From Chitinophaga pinensis (lineage in GTDB: Bacteria > Bacteroidota > Bacteroidia > Chitinophagales > Chitinophagaceae): 44,034 nucleotides of DNA. The notes beneath the pieces are model-generated. The model did no database searches. It was given only the letters and a program-made list of their open reading frames with translations, and was not told where the DNA came from. Below, piece by piece: positions 9,167-19,119 of the stretch. Positions within the stretch are counted from its first letter, which is position 1. The number at the start of each line of letters is the position of its first letter. The DNA is taken from the NCBI GenBank assembly GCA_945870835.1, contig CAMBTV010000001.1, positions 1-44,034 on the forward strand, given 5' to 3'. A program made the translations under genes and the position numbers.

Positions 9167-9991
9167 ATGATCACATTATTGAAGGTAGAATGGCTAAAAA
9201 TAAAAAATTATACTGCTTTTATTATTCTAAGTAGTTTTTTTGCCGTTGGAGTGGTAACTGTTAATTATATTATTTTGACTGTAAATAAAAATATAATTAG
9301 TCAGTCGCAGGCGGTTGTTTTAACGGGAAAATTTTCGCCTTTTCAATTTGATAAAACTTGGCAAACCACTAGCTATGCTTCCGGATGGCTGTTGCTATTA
9401 CCTGCTTTGATGCTAATTATTTTGATTACCAATGAATTTACATTTAGAACGCACCGTCAAAATATCCTTGACGGATGGTCGAGACAGGAGTTTATCCATG
9501 TTAAGATTATGATGGCTGTATTGATAGCTTTTTTCTCTGCTATTCTAGTTTTTTTTACAGCATTGGCATTTGGATTTTCCTCGGGTACCTCTTTTTCAAC
9601 GCATGGAATTTCTCATGTAGGGTTTTTCTTTTTAAAGGCTTTGTCCTATAATATGATTGCGCTTTTGATAGGAGTATTGATAAGACGAACTGGCTTTGCT
9701 ATTGGAGTATTTTTTATATATATGGGTGTTGAAAATTTCATTTCGCAGTTGCTCGATGTTTTGAGTGTCCGCTTGAGATCACGCAATAACCTAGACCTTG
9801 GAAGTATGGGAGACTACCTCCCTATGAATTCTGCAGACGGAATGCTTACTTTTCCTGAAAACCCTTTAAAGGCAATGACGAAGGGCGTAATGCCAACGGA
9901 TTACCCATGGCTAGTGTTAAGTCTATGCATTGCTTATATGTTATTTTTTTATTGGCTAACTGTCAACAGAATGGTAAAAACAGATCTCTGA
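9167..9991 (+). CDS. ABC-2 type transporter permease
   Basis: About 6 hydrophobic helices, NEFTFRT motif, 15 bp after the ATPase gene. Confidence 0.85.
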   Translation: MITLLKVEWLKIKNYTAFIILSSFFAVGVVTVNYIILTVNKNIISQSQAVVLTGKFSPFQFDKTWQTTSYASGWLLLLPALMLIILITNEFTFRTHRQNILDGWSRQEFIHVKIMMAVLIAFFSAILVFFTALAFGFSSGTSFSTHGISHVGFFFLKALSYNMIALLIGVLIRRTGFAIGVFFIYMGVENFISQLLDVLSVRLRSRNNLDLGSMGDYLPMNSADGMLTFPENPLKAMTKGVMPTDYPWLVLSLCIAYMLFFYWLTVNRMVKTDL

Positions 9992-9996
9992 TTGAT

Positions 9997-10926
9997 TTAA
10001 GGATGTGCCAGTTGGTGAAGGGCTGCTTCAATAGAGGGGTACAAAAAAGTAAATCCAGTTTTTTTTATTTTTTCGCAATTAACGGTAGTACTTTTTAAAA
10101 TTTCAATACTTCTTTCTCCCATCATTATTTTCAAAATAAATTTTGGCACATGGAGGGGAATATAGAATTTACCTTTTATCTGATGGGCTAACTCAATTGT
10201 CAGTTCTTTATTACTCACCGGTAAGGGTGCCACCGCATTATAAGTTCCAGCTAATTGCTCGTTTTCTATGCCTTCAATAAATAGTCTGCATAGATCATCA
10301 ATATGAATCCAACTTACCATTTGATTGCCTGTTCCCAAAATTCCAGCTACTCCAAACTGAATAGGTTTTTTAAATTCAGCAAGTGCTCCTCCATCATTGC
10401 TTAGTACAATTCCTATGCGAAGTTTTACTAACCGGATACCCATTTTTTCAACTGGCTCAATACTATGTTCCCATTTTTTACAAGTCTCTCCCAAAAAGCC
10501 TGTCGCCGCTAGATCAATTTCTACAAATCCTTTTGCACTCGGTGAAGGGTCTTCCCCGTACCAACCAATTGCGGAAGCACTGATAATAGTTTTTATGGAA
10601 TGTGTATGATTGGATAAGGCTTTTATTATTAATGCACTACTCTGGGTTCTACTGTTAGCTATTTCGTCTTTGTAAACTTCGGTCCATTTTTTATCTACCA
10701 CACCAGCACCCGCTAGATGAATTAGATAGCTTGCCTTTTGTACTGCTTCACTATCAATTGTTTGATCGGCTACATTCCATAATGCATAAGAGATATTAGG
10801 GTTAGCATCTTTTAGAGAGGGTATTTTTCTTGTCAATATGATTACTTGGTAACCCTTTTTCAATAAATGTTTTGTTAATTGTCGGCCTACCATTCCTGTG
10901 CCCCCTGAAATTAATACTGTCTGCAT
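9997..10926 (-). CDS. TIGR01777 family NAD-dependent epimerase/oxidoreductase (YfcH-like)
   Basis: ISGGTGMVG, HLAGAG, SASAIGWYG, SWIHIDD, C-terminal DUF1731-like tail. Confidence 0.9.
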   Translation of the reverse strand: MQTVLISGGTGMVGRQLTKHLLKKGYQVIILTRKIPSLKDANPNISYALWNVADQTIDSEAVQKASYLIHLAGAGVVDKKWTEVYKDEIANSRTQSSALIIKALSNHTHSIKTIISASAIGWYGEDPSPSAKGFVEIDLAATGFLGETCKKWEHSIEPVEKMGIRLVKLRIGIVLSNDGGALAEFKKPIQFGVAGILGTGNQMVSWIHIDDLCRLFIEGIENEQLAGTYNAVAPLPVSNKELTIELAHQIKGKFYIPLHVPKFILKIMMGERSIEILKSTTVNCEKIKKTGFTFLYPSIEAALHQLAHP

Positions 10927-11122
10927 ACTTACTTTTATAGTGTTTACGTTTTAAAATATAAAAAATTGCCTAAACCTGAATAGTCTGATTAATTCATTGC
11001 CCTTAAAAGCGTACTTTTATTAATGTAAAGATACAGATACTATAAAAAGTGTAATGATAAGTTTTGGTAAAACAACTTAACACTTTACTAAAATAAAAAA
11101 AACTAAAAAAATTAAATTATAT

Positions 11123-12643
11123 ATGAAGAGGATAATCTATTTGAGCTTTTTGCTTTTCTTTCCAATTATTTGTTTTGCTCAAAAAATAACGTATTCGGAA
11201 ATTCAAAAAGGGGATAGCCGTGATATGAGTTTTGATATTGTTGGAAAAATTAAAGAGAATGTTTTTATTTTCAAGAATGCTCGGTTTAAATATGCCTTAT
11301 CTGTTTATAATGCAGAGGACATGGAGCTCAAAGAAATAGTTGACTTAGATTTTATTCCTGAAAAGTCATTTAATGTGGATTATATATTACAGCCTGATAA
11401 TTTTTATTTCATTTATCAGTTTCAACGAAAAGGAATCGTTTATTGTATGGGGGCTAAGATGGATACAGCGGGGCATTTAGTTGGACAGCCTTTTCAGTTA
11501 GATACTACTCAAGTGGGTACATTTGGTGAGACTAAAATTTATTCTACAATCAATAGCGAGGATAAAAAACAAATCATGATTTTTAAAATTTTAAAAAGAA
11601 ATGATCAGTTTAAGTTCGCAACGCTTTTATTTGATAAAAATTTAAAATTGATACATAAGTCTCGTTCTACTATTGAATTTGATGAACGAAAAGATGAATT
11701 TTCTGATTTTTCCTTGGACAATGCTGGAAATTTTATTTTTACTAGATCGGCTAAGTTGGGAGTAAGATCAAACTCGTTTTCTCTTTTTCTTTTAAGTAAA
11801 CCAGCTTTACAAGATTCATTTACAGAAAGGAAAATTGATTTAAAGGGTCTTTTTATTGATGAAGTAAAAATAAAAATAGATAATCTTAACAAACGTTATC
11901 TATTCAATGCTTTTTATTATTTGGAGAATCGAGGTAATATAGATGGTATTTTTTGTTCGGTATGGGATTTAAAAGGGGATACTACTTTTTCTACCGTTTT
12001 TACTAGGCTTGATGCAAGTGTAAGAGATATTGCTAAATTAAAAGGAAACAATAAGTATGCACTAAATGATTTTTTTATTCGCAACGTAATTCTAAAAAAA
12101 GATGGGAGTTTTTTATTAGCCGCAGAAGACTATTCTACTCAAACAAGTGGTAATAATATGAACTGGAATCGATGGGATTATCTTTATGGATCTCCGTTTG
12201 TGAGTCCGTATAATAATTACTATTTCAACCGGTCTTTCGGAGGGTTTTATAGGCCCTATGGAAGCTTTAATAACACGCAGAGCGTAAGATATTATTATAA
12301 TAATATTTTACTATTGGATGTAAATCCAGCTGGAAATGTGTTGGGTGACAAGGTGATTACTAAGGAGCAATTTGCGGATGACAATGATAATTATTTATCC
12401 TTTTCTACTTTTATTACGGGATCTGAAATACATTTTCTTTATAATTTAACTGAAAAAAGAGATAAGTTTATAACGGACAATATACTTACCGCAAGTGGAG
12501 AAATGATAAGAAATCCAACGCTTAGAACCGTCGAAAGAGGTTTTGAATTTATGCCTAAATTGAGCAAACAAATTGGAGCAAGACAAATCATTGTTCCTTG
12601 TAGTTATCGAAGCCAAATATGTTTTGCTAAAATTGAATTTTAA
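11123..12643 (+). CDS. Secreted hypothetical protein, beta-rich
   Basis: 506-aa ORF, signal peptide ending CFA-Q, beta-strand-like patterning, aromatic/Asn/Gly-rich insert; no recognised catalytic motif. Confidence 0.8.
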   Translation: MKRIIYLSFLLFFPIICFAQKITYSEIQKGDSRDMSFDIVGKIKENVFIFKNARFKYALSVYNAEDMELKEIVDLDFIPEKSFNVDYILQPDNFYFIYQFQRKGIVYCMGAKMDTAGHLVGQPFQLDTTQVGTFGETKIYSTINSEDKKQIMIFKILKRNDQFKFATLLFDKNLKLIHKSRSTIEFDERKDEFSDFSLDNAGNFIFTRSAKLGVRSNSFSLFLLSKPALQDSFTERKIDLKGLFIDEVKIKIDNLNKRYLFNAFYYLENRGNIDGIFCSVWDLKGDTTFSTVFTRLDASVRDIAKLKGNNKYALNDFFIRNVILKKDGSFLLAAEDYSTQTSGNNMNWNRWDYLYGSPFVSPYNNYYFNRSFGGFYRPYGSFNNTQSVRYYYNNILLLDVNPAGNVLGDKVITKEQFADDNDNYLSFSTFITGSEIHFLYNLTEKRDKFITDNILTASGEMIRNPTLRTVERGFEFMPKLSKQIGARQIIVPCSYRSQICFAKIEF

Positions 12644-12666
12644 ATTAACCACAATTTTAGAATCCA

Positions 12667-15600
12667 TTAGAAATCTAGTCCTAAGCTTAAATTATACAAA
12701 GGCTTGCCTTTAAAGATCCCATTCATAGTCCAACCTGCATCAAATCTTAAAAAATATCCTAAAACGGTACTTCTTGCACCAAAGCCGTATCCACCTGCAA
12801 AGGGTCCTAAACCACCCACTTTGCTAAAGACTTGAATAGGAGGTTGCTCTAGAATTATTGAAGGACGTTGAAGTCCATTGTAACTACCATTCCATGCGGC
12901 ACCTAAATCAAAAAATTGAACAAGTTGAAAATTGCGAAGAAAGGCGTTGTTGATTGGCCTGCTAAACAAAGTTGAAAAAACGGGTAGCCTGAATTCACTG
13001 TTAATGATAACATTGTTGTTGCCGTTTGAAAGATTTTGAGAAAATCCTCTCATGTTTACAGCAAGACTTTGAAAAGTATAGTAATTATCAGCTGCAGGCT
13101 GGTTGTTATTATTAAATTTAGGAAATAGCCATCCATCAGTTCCTCCAAGAAAGTAGATTGTCTTTTGATTGCCCCAGCTAAATTCACCTGCAGCTCGTCC
13201 TGCCCAAATGAAGTTACGGTAGATAGGATAATAATAACGAGCATCCATACCCCAGTTAAAATTATATTTCCCCGTACTGTATACCTCTTTACTCACATCC
13301 GTATTCCAGTCGAAGTAAAATTTATACCTAAGTCCATTCCAAATATTTTGGGTTGGATTTAGAGTATTGTCGTAAACATATTCAACATGGGTTGTCACAA
13401 ATTTTCTTTTAATATCTGGTTCTTTCAAACTGGCGATATCATTAATGTCTGTAAAGAAAACACTTTTATCACTTCTGTATCCTACATCTAATTTTATTCT
13501 TTTACTGTTATCAAATGGGTAAGCTGCACTTGTCTGATATAAATTTGTAAAAATTCTTCCGTTGGTGGCACCCATTACATTTCTGTAATAAGTAGTTCCC
13601 CAATCAATTCTTCTTTTTAAATTTTGATAACTCATCAACCATTCATTGTCTTTTAAATTAGTAGACAATTTAAAAGCACCTGTAATTTTAATATCTTCCA
13701 TCAACTCAGAAGTGCCTAGTCTTATCAAACCATTTAGTACCGAATTGGAAGAAAGATTAATAGGTCCTTGACCACCTCCATAGGGTTGATAGCGATTATA
13801 AAGCACAGAGTTGTTGAAGGATGCTCCACCATAATCTGCACCAAATTTCATTGGTTTATAAACAAATAATTTTGCTTTTTTTAGCACCTCTTTATTTTTA
13901 GCTAGCTGAGCATTACCGATACTGCCCATCATTGGACTTTCTTTTTTATCATTTTCAAATTCAGTCTGAAAAGGATTGACTAAGTTATTGACAGTATCAG
14001 TATTGATTAATAAAGGGATATTTACAAGGTCAGTAGTTTTCTCTTCAATTTTATCGGCCATCACTATTTCTTTCATGTAAGCTGTAGGTGGTACGGTAAT
14101 ATTTCGTCGACGAAGTGTGTTTTCATCAATTTTTAATTTGTACAAAGTTTTTTGATCACTTTGTCTGGTCACTTCACTTACTTGATTACTGGTGCCAGCA
14201 ATTCTAGTTTCGGCTACACTGCTTTCATAATTTGTAAGTGGAAAAGTATAAGCAGAATCTTTTGAAACAGCTACTACTGCAATAGAATCTACATCCGTTT
14301 TTTTATAAACTTTTAACGTACTATCTACTTCTTTTAAAGAAGGATTGCGTAAAATTTCATCAGCGATTAATACCAGTGTATCCAATCCAGCAGCCTTGGT
14401 GGTGAAGAAGCCAGCATATCTGTTACCTACTCCATTTTCATCACTTATAAAAGTAAAGTGGTTGGAGTTGTAAGGCATTGGATAGCGTGCATTACCATAT
14501 TGCTGATGCGACAATTGGGTAATCTGATTGAGCGAAGGCTTATTTCCAAAATTTGTAATGAGGAAAACATTGTAATTATTTTTACTAGGCAATACTGTAT
14601 CTCCAGATTTTGCATCTGCACTAGGTCGGTTGCTGGCAAAGATGATTCCAGTTTTTCCAGGGAAAGAGACAAAAGTTGCATCTAAGTCATCATACACATC
14701 ATCGGTGATCTGTTGCACTTTTTCATTTTCTAAATTGAGCGTGAATATGTCTGTATGCCCATTCTTTACGGCACTTATTAAAAGCGTACGACTGTCCAGC
14801 ATGTATTTTACATCTTGAACTTGTTGAAACTCCTTAGTCAAATCAATTTTAGGAGATTTAATTCTAGTTACTACATCATACACAAATAATTTCAACCTTC
14901 CTTCTTGATTATAAATCACTGTAATTCTAGTTCCTTTTGGATCCCACGCCAATATTGGATAAGTTGGATTGACTTCATTTTTGTAACTCCTGATGCCGTA
15001 TTTCAATAAGGTTGTAAAACTAAAATCTTCACTTAATTTTAATTTCACCAATCCTTTTCTATATTCTACAAACGCATAGGTATTATTTTTGGCAACTGGA
15101 TTTACATTGATTCGATAATAATCAGTTCTCTTATTAATATCAAAACTTTCTACAACATTGCCCTTGGGATATGCTTTTCTTTTAGCTATATCTTTATAAT
15201 ATTTCTCCTCTTCATAAACCATAAATTCACTCAAAACATTTTTGAATTTTAGTTTACATATTTGTAAACAAGCACGGTTTAAATTTTTATACATCCGAGC
15301 GAGATAAAACAAATAGGTAACGTTTTCTTTTTTATATTTTTCTTCAATGAAATGCCAAAATGAGTGGCCAGCAAGTTGAGGTTTTTCAAATGCAAACTGG
15401 TAAAAATTGCGATAATTACCACTGAGGATTTCACTTTTTAATTCATCATCAAGAGCTGTATTCCAGTTCTCGCCTGTAAAAGCTACATATCCGTTGGTAA
15501 GCCATTTGGGCAAATCAAGTAAAGCTTGGTTTCCGGCAACTTCACCTAGATCATCTCCAAATAAAATATTGTCAGTCAAAATGCGCGCAATACCTTCTCT

Positions 15601-16029
15601 GATTTGTTTGCGTAAATGCGCATGGTCGCCATTGAAATAAACAACCATTTTATTATTCACCAATTGAGTTACTCCGCCAGTAATTTGCCAGTCAATACCC
15701 ATTCCAATATTTGATTGTTGTAGGTCTGCGAATTCATTGTAAACAATAATGTTGGCCCTTCGCTGTAGAGAATATTCTGTGAAGGCTTCTATTTGGGGAG
15801 TTTCTTCTTCTGCAACCTGCGCAATAAATTTTGCTAGCTCCTGTCCATTTTGATTAAAATAGGTATTGAAATTTTTTGTTTGGTAATACTCCCATTTAAA
15901 TTTTTTAAATTGCACACGATTTTTACCAAATTCCACGGTATTTACCTGTGCATTGGTGATGGAGGATCCAAGCAAAAGAATGCATAGGAATGTAAAAATT
16001 ATGTTGATCTTTACCATGCTAAATTTCAT
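12667..16029 (-). CDS. Large outer-membrane protein: peptidase-like N-domain, TolB/PD40-like propeller, Omp85-like C-terminal barrel
   Basis: Signal peptide TNA-Q; propeller-like repeats (AWDPKG, QQITDD, IIFASNR, FISDENG); VNMRGF and FFDLG motifs; C-terminal SLGLDF. Confidence 0.7.
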   Translation of the reverse strand: MKFSMVKINIIFTFLCILLLGSSITNAQVNTVEFGKNRVQFKKFKWEYYQTKNFNTYFNQNGQELAKFIAQVAEEETPQIEAFTEYSLQRRANIIVYNEFADLQQSNIGMGIDWQITGGVTQLVNNKMVVYFNGDHAHLRKQIREGIARILTDNILFGDDLGEVAGNQALLDLPKWLTNGYVAFTGENWNTALDDELKSEILSGNYRNFYQFAFEKPQLAGHSFWHFIEEKYKKENVTYLFYLARMYKNLNRACLQICKLKFKNVLSEFMVYEEEKYYKDIAKRKAYPKGNVVESFDINKRTDYYRINVNPVAKNNTYAFVEYRKGLVKLKLSEDFSFTTLLKYGIRSYKNEVNPTYPILAWDPKGTRITVIYNQEGRLKLFVYDVVTRIKSPKIDLTKEFQQVQDVKYMLDSRTLLISAVKNGHTDIFTLNLENEKVQQITDDVYDDLDATFVSFPGKTGIIFASNRPSADAKSGDTVLPSKNNYNVFLITNFGNKPSLNQITQLSHQQYGNARYPMPYNSNHFTFISDENGVGNRYAGFFTTKAAGLDTLVLIADEILRNPSLKEVDSTLKVYKKTDVDSIAVVAVSKDSAYTFPLTNYESSVAETRIAGTSNQVSEVTRQSDQKTLYKLKIDENTLRRRNITVPPTAYMKEIVMADKIEEKTTDLVNIPLLINTDTVNNLVNPFQTEFENDKKESPMMGSIGNAQLAKNKEVLKKAKLFVYKPMKFGADYGGASFNNSVLYNRYQPYGGGQGPINLSSNSVLNGLIRLGTSELMEDIKITGAFKLSTNLKDNEWLMSYQNLKRRIDWGTTYYRNVMGATNGRIFTNLYQTSAAYPFDNSKRIKLDVGYRSDKSVFFTDINDIASLKEPDIKRKFVTTHVEYVYDNTLNPTQNIWNGLRYKFYFDWNTDVSKEVYSTGKYNFNWGMDARYYYPIYRNFIWAGRAAGEFSWGNQKTIYFLGGTDGWLFPKFNNNNQPAADNYYTFQSLAVNMRGFSQNLSNGNNNVIINSEFRLPVFSTLFSRPINNAFLRNFQLVQFFDLGAAWNGSYNGLQRPSIILEQPPIQVFSKVGGLGPFAGGYGFGARSTVLGYFLRFDAGWTMNGIFKGKPLYNLSLGLDF

Positions 16030-16100
16030 AATTCGGTAATATAAATAATGTATGTAAATTAATCATAAAAATATTGCATTATTAAGTAAACAAATTGCTA

Positions 16101-16739
16101 ATGTTTAAAATAAAATTTTTTACTTTCAATCCTATCGGTGAAAATACCTACCTACTCTATAATGAGTCAAAAGATTGTATCATTATTGATCCAGGGTGTT
16201 ATTTTGAAGAGGAAAACGAAAAGCTGAAGGATTTTATTACTCAAAATCAGCTAAATCCTACCCAATTACTTAATACTCATTGCCACCTTGACCATGTGTT
16301 TGGAAACAAAATGGTTGCAGAAACGTATCAATTAACCTTGCAAATGCACGAAAAAGAGAAGGTTGTGCTTTCTTTTGCCCCTACTTCGGGTTTAATGTAC
16401 AACCTGCCATTTGACAGTTATGAAGGGGATTTTATTTTATTGAAGGAAGGGGATACTTTATTATTGGGTCAAGATGAACTGAAGGTGATTGAAGTTCCTG
16501 GACACTCGCCCGGAAGCATTTGTTTTTATTGTGCCAAACAACATTTTTTAATCGGAGGCGATGTGTTATTTCAGGGTAGCATTGGTAGAACTGACTTGCC
16601 TTTAGGAGACCACGAGACTCTGCTGCACCACATTAAGAGTAAGCTACTGGTATTACCTGAGGAAACAGTGGTTTACAGTGGCCATGGTTTACCAACTACC
16701 ATTGGGGCTGAAAAGGCAAATAACCCCTTTTTGAGCTGA
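16101..16739 (+). CDS. MBL-fold metallo-hydrolase (glyoxalase II / YcbL-like)
   Basis: THCHLDH, PGHSPG, GDVLF..IGRTD, SGHG; ATG 16101 preferred over TTG 16095. Confidence 0.92.
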   Translation: MFKIKFFTFNPIGENTYLLYNESKDCIIIDPGCYFEEENEKLKDFITQNQLNPTQLLNTHCHLDHVFGNKMVAETYQLTLQMHEKEKVVLSFAPTSGLMYNLPFDSYEGDFILLKEGDTLLLGQDELKVIEVPGHSPGSICFYCAKQHFLIGGDVLFQGSIGRTDLPLGDHETLLHHIKSKLLVLPEETVVYSGHGLPTTIGAEKANNPFLS

Positions 16740-16787
16740 TAATAGTAGCTCATATTAAGAAAATACAAATTTTGCAGAAAATTTTAC

Positions 16788-17192
16788 CTATGCTTTATTT
16801 TCCATGCAAAGTTCAATTAAAACGCTGTTAGTTTCTTTGGGATGTAAAAAACATACTAATTTATTGTCCGCTCCTAGTTTGGGTTTTTCGTTTAAAAGGG
16901 TAAATCCCTCTGCTTTCAATCTTTCCATTTCTGTTTCGATATCTTCTACTTCAAATGCAATATGGTGAATTCCTTCGCCTTTTTTATCTATGAATTTGGT
17001 AATAATTCCTTCATTATTACTGCTTTCTAACAATTCGATTTTAGTGTCTCCTTTTTTAAAAAAGGCTGTATTTACTTGTTCAGATTCAACTTTTTCGGTC
17101 TTGTAGCAGCTGCTATTAAGTAATTTTTCAAATAGAGGTATGGATACTGAAAGCTCTTTTACGGCAATTCCTATATGTTCAATTTTTAACAT
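16788..17192 (-). CDS. mce: Methylmalonyl-CoA epimerase
   Basis: VOC fold: EHIGIAV, KIELLE, GEGIHHIAF, FLHPK, LIEL. Confidence 0.92.
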   Translation of the reverse strand: MLKIEHIGIAVKELSVSIPLFEKLLNSSCYKTEKVESEQVNTAFFKKGDTKIELLESSNNEGIITKFIDKKGEGIHHIAFEVEDIETEMERLKAEGFTLLNEKPKLGADNKLVCFLHPKETNSVLIELCMENKA

Positions 17193-17292
17193 AGTTAAAT
17201 TCTTTAATTTATTTTGATTGTTTTACGTTTACGAAATAGGTAAAATGAATGCTAAGAAAACTTTGTTATAGCTATAATAAAACCATTTGCAG

Positions 17293-17300
17293 TAATTTTG
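17293..17300 (+). promoter_or_regulatory. -7 promoter box (TAATTTTG) of the isc operon
   Basis: Exact TAnnTTTG 24 nt upstream of the iscS ATG; no canonically spaced -33 box seen. Confidence 0.55.
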
Positions 17301-17324
17301 TGTTATAATTAAAAATAGAATAAT

Positions 17325-18542
17325 ATGTTGAAATTACCGATTTATTTAGATAACAATTCTACAACGCCGATGGATCCGAGGGTATTGGAAGCGATGACCC
17401 CTTACTTTTTAGAGCATTATGGAAATGCAGCTAGCAGGAATCATCCTTTTGGCTGGCAGGCAGAGGAAGCGGTAGATTACGCAAGGGAGCAGATAGCTAA
17501 ATTGATTGGTGCAGACCCTAAGGAGATCATTTTTACTAGTGGTGCAACAGAAGGAGATAATTTGGGGATCAAGGGTGTTTATGAAATGTATGCAAGCAAA
17601 GGAAATCATATTATTACTGCTACTACTGAACACAAAGCAGTTTTGGATACTTGTAAGCACATAGAAAAAACAGGTGGAGAAGTTACTTATTTACAGGTAA
17701 AGCCAGATGGTTTAATTGACTTAAAAGAACTGGAAGCGGCTATTCGTCCTACTACCATTTTGATTGCAATAATGTATGCTAATAATGAAATTGGTACCGT
17801 TCAGCCAATTCGTGAAATTAGTGCCATTGCTAAAAAGCATGGAGTGTTATTATTTACTGATGCTGTGCAGGCAGTGGGGAAAGTCCCGGTGGATGTAAAT
17901 AAAGACGGTATTGATTTAATGGCGTTCACAGCTCATAAAATGTATGGACCTAAAGGGGTTGGTGCCTTGTATGTTCGTCGTAAAAATCCTAGAGTTAAAG
18001 TTACCGCACAAATGGATGGCGGTGGCCACGAAAGAGGAATGAGAAGTGGTACTCTAAATGTTCCCGGTATTGTGGGATTTGGAAAGGCCTGTGAATTATG
18101 TATGCAGGATATGGAAGCAGATACCAAGCGAATTAGTAAATTAAGGGATAAGCTAGAAACTGAATTGATGAAATTGGAAGAAGCTTACATTAATGGAAGT
18201 ACCGAGCATCGTTTGCCTCATGTTACCAATATTTCTTTTAAGCATGTTGAAGGGGAAGGTTTATTAATGGGATTTAATAAAAATATTGCATTGAGTTCAG
18301 GATCGGCTTGTACCTCTGCTTCTCTAGAACCATCTTATGTTTTGAAAGCATTGGGATTGGGTGATGATTTGGCTCACAGCTCGTTGCGTTTTGGCCTTGG
18401 CCGTTTTACTGACGAGGAGCAGATCGATTATACAGTAAAAGCTATCAGTGAAACGGTGATAAAATTGAGAGATATGAGTCCGCTTTGGGAAATGTACAAA
18501 GAGGGTATAGACTTGAGTAAAATTGAGTGGGCAGCGCATTAA
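17325..18542 (+). CDS. iscS: Cysteine desulfurase IscS
   Basis: PLP lysine [10 protein letters not shown], catalytic SSGSACTS, IscS-type C-terminus [12 protein letters not shown]. Confidence 0.97.
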   Translation: MLKLPIYLDNNSTTPMDPRVLEAMTPYFLEHYGNAASRNHPFGWQAEEAVDYAREQIAKLIGADPKEIIFTSGATEGDNLGIKGVYEMYASKGNHIITATTEHKAVLDTCKHIEKTGGEVTYLQVKPDGLIDLKELEAAIRPTTILIAIMYANNEIGTVQPIREISAIAKKHGVLLFTDAVQAVGKVPVDVNKDGIDLMAFTAHKMYGPKGVGALYVRRKNPRVKVTAQMDGGGHERGMRSGTLNVPGIVGFGKACELCMQDMEADTKRISKLRDKLETELMKLEEAYINGSTEHRLPHVTNISFKHVEGEGLLMGFNKNIALSSGSACTSASLEPSYVLKALGLGDDLAHSSLRFGLGRFTDEEQIDYTVKAISETVIKLRDMSPLWEMYKEGIDLSKIEWAAH

Positions 18543-18636
18543 TTTTTTATTAAATCAACCAATAAATAAGAAAATTTGTTAAACTGGCAGAATAATTTTT
18601 TAATTTTCTTAATTTCACACATATAAATTTACAACT

Positions 18637-19056
18637 ATGGCATATTCAGAAAAAGTAATCGATCATTATCAAAATCCCAAAAACGTGGGCACACTTGATA
18701 AAAACAGCAAAAATGTAGGAACGGGCCTTGTTGGAGCTCCAGAATGCGGCGATGTTATGCGTTTGCAAATTGAAGTAGATGATGCTACCGGAATGATTAC
18801 AGATGCAAAGTTTAAGACCTTTGGTTGCGGTTCTGCGATCGCTTCTTCTTCTTTGGCTACAGAATGGCTAAAAGGAAAAAGTATTGATGAAGCACTTACA
18901 GTTGACAATATGGATTTTGTTGAAGAGTTAAATCTTCCACCAGTAAAAATTCACTGTTCTGTATTGGCGGAAGATGCTATAAAATCAGCAATCAATGATT
19001 ACAGGGTAAAAAATGGCATGGATTCTATTAAGTTTGAGGAAAGTGTAGTTCACTAG
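18637..19056 (+). CDS. iscU: Fe-S cluster scaffold IscU
   Basis: GAPECGDVM, FKTFGCGSAIASSS, LPPVKIHCS. Confidence 0.97.
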   Translation: MAYSEKVIDHYQNPKNVGTLDKNSKNVGTGLVGAPECGDVMRLQIEVDDATGMITDAKFKTFGCGSAIASSSLATEWLKGKSIDEALTVDNMDFVEELNLPPVKIHCSVLAEDAIKSAINDYRVKNGMDSIKFEESVVH

Positions 19057-19119
19057 ACTTTATTAAACTCAACCAAGGTTAGATAACAAAGGTCTAACCA
19101 TTGATAAAAGTTTTAAAAA

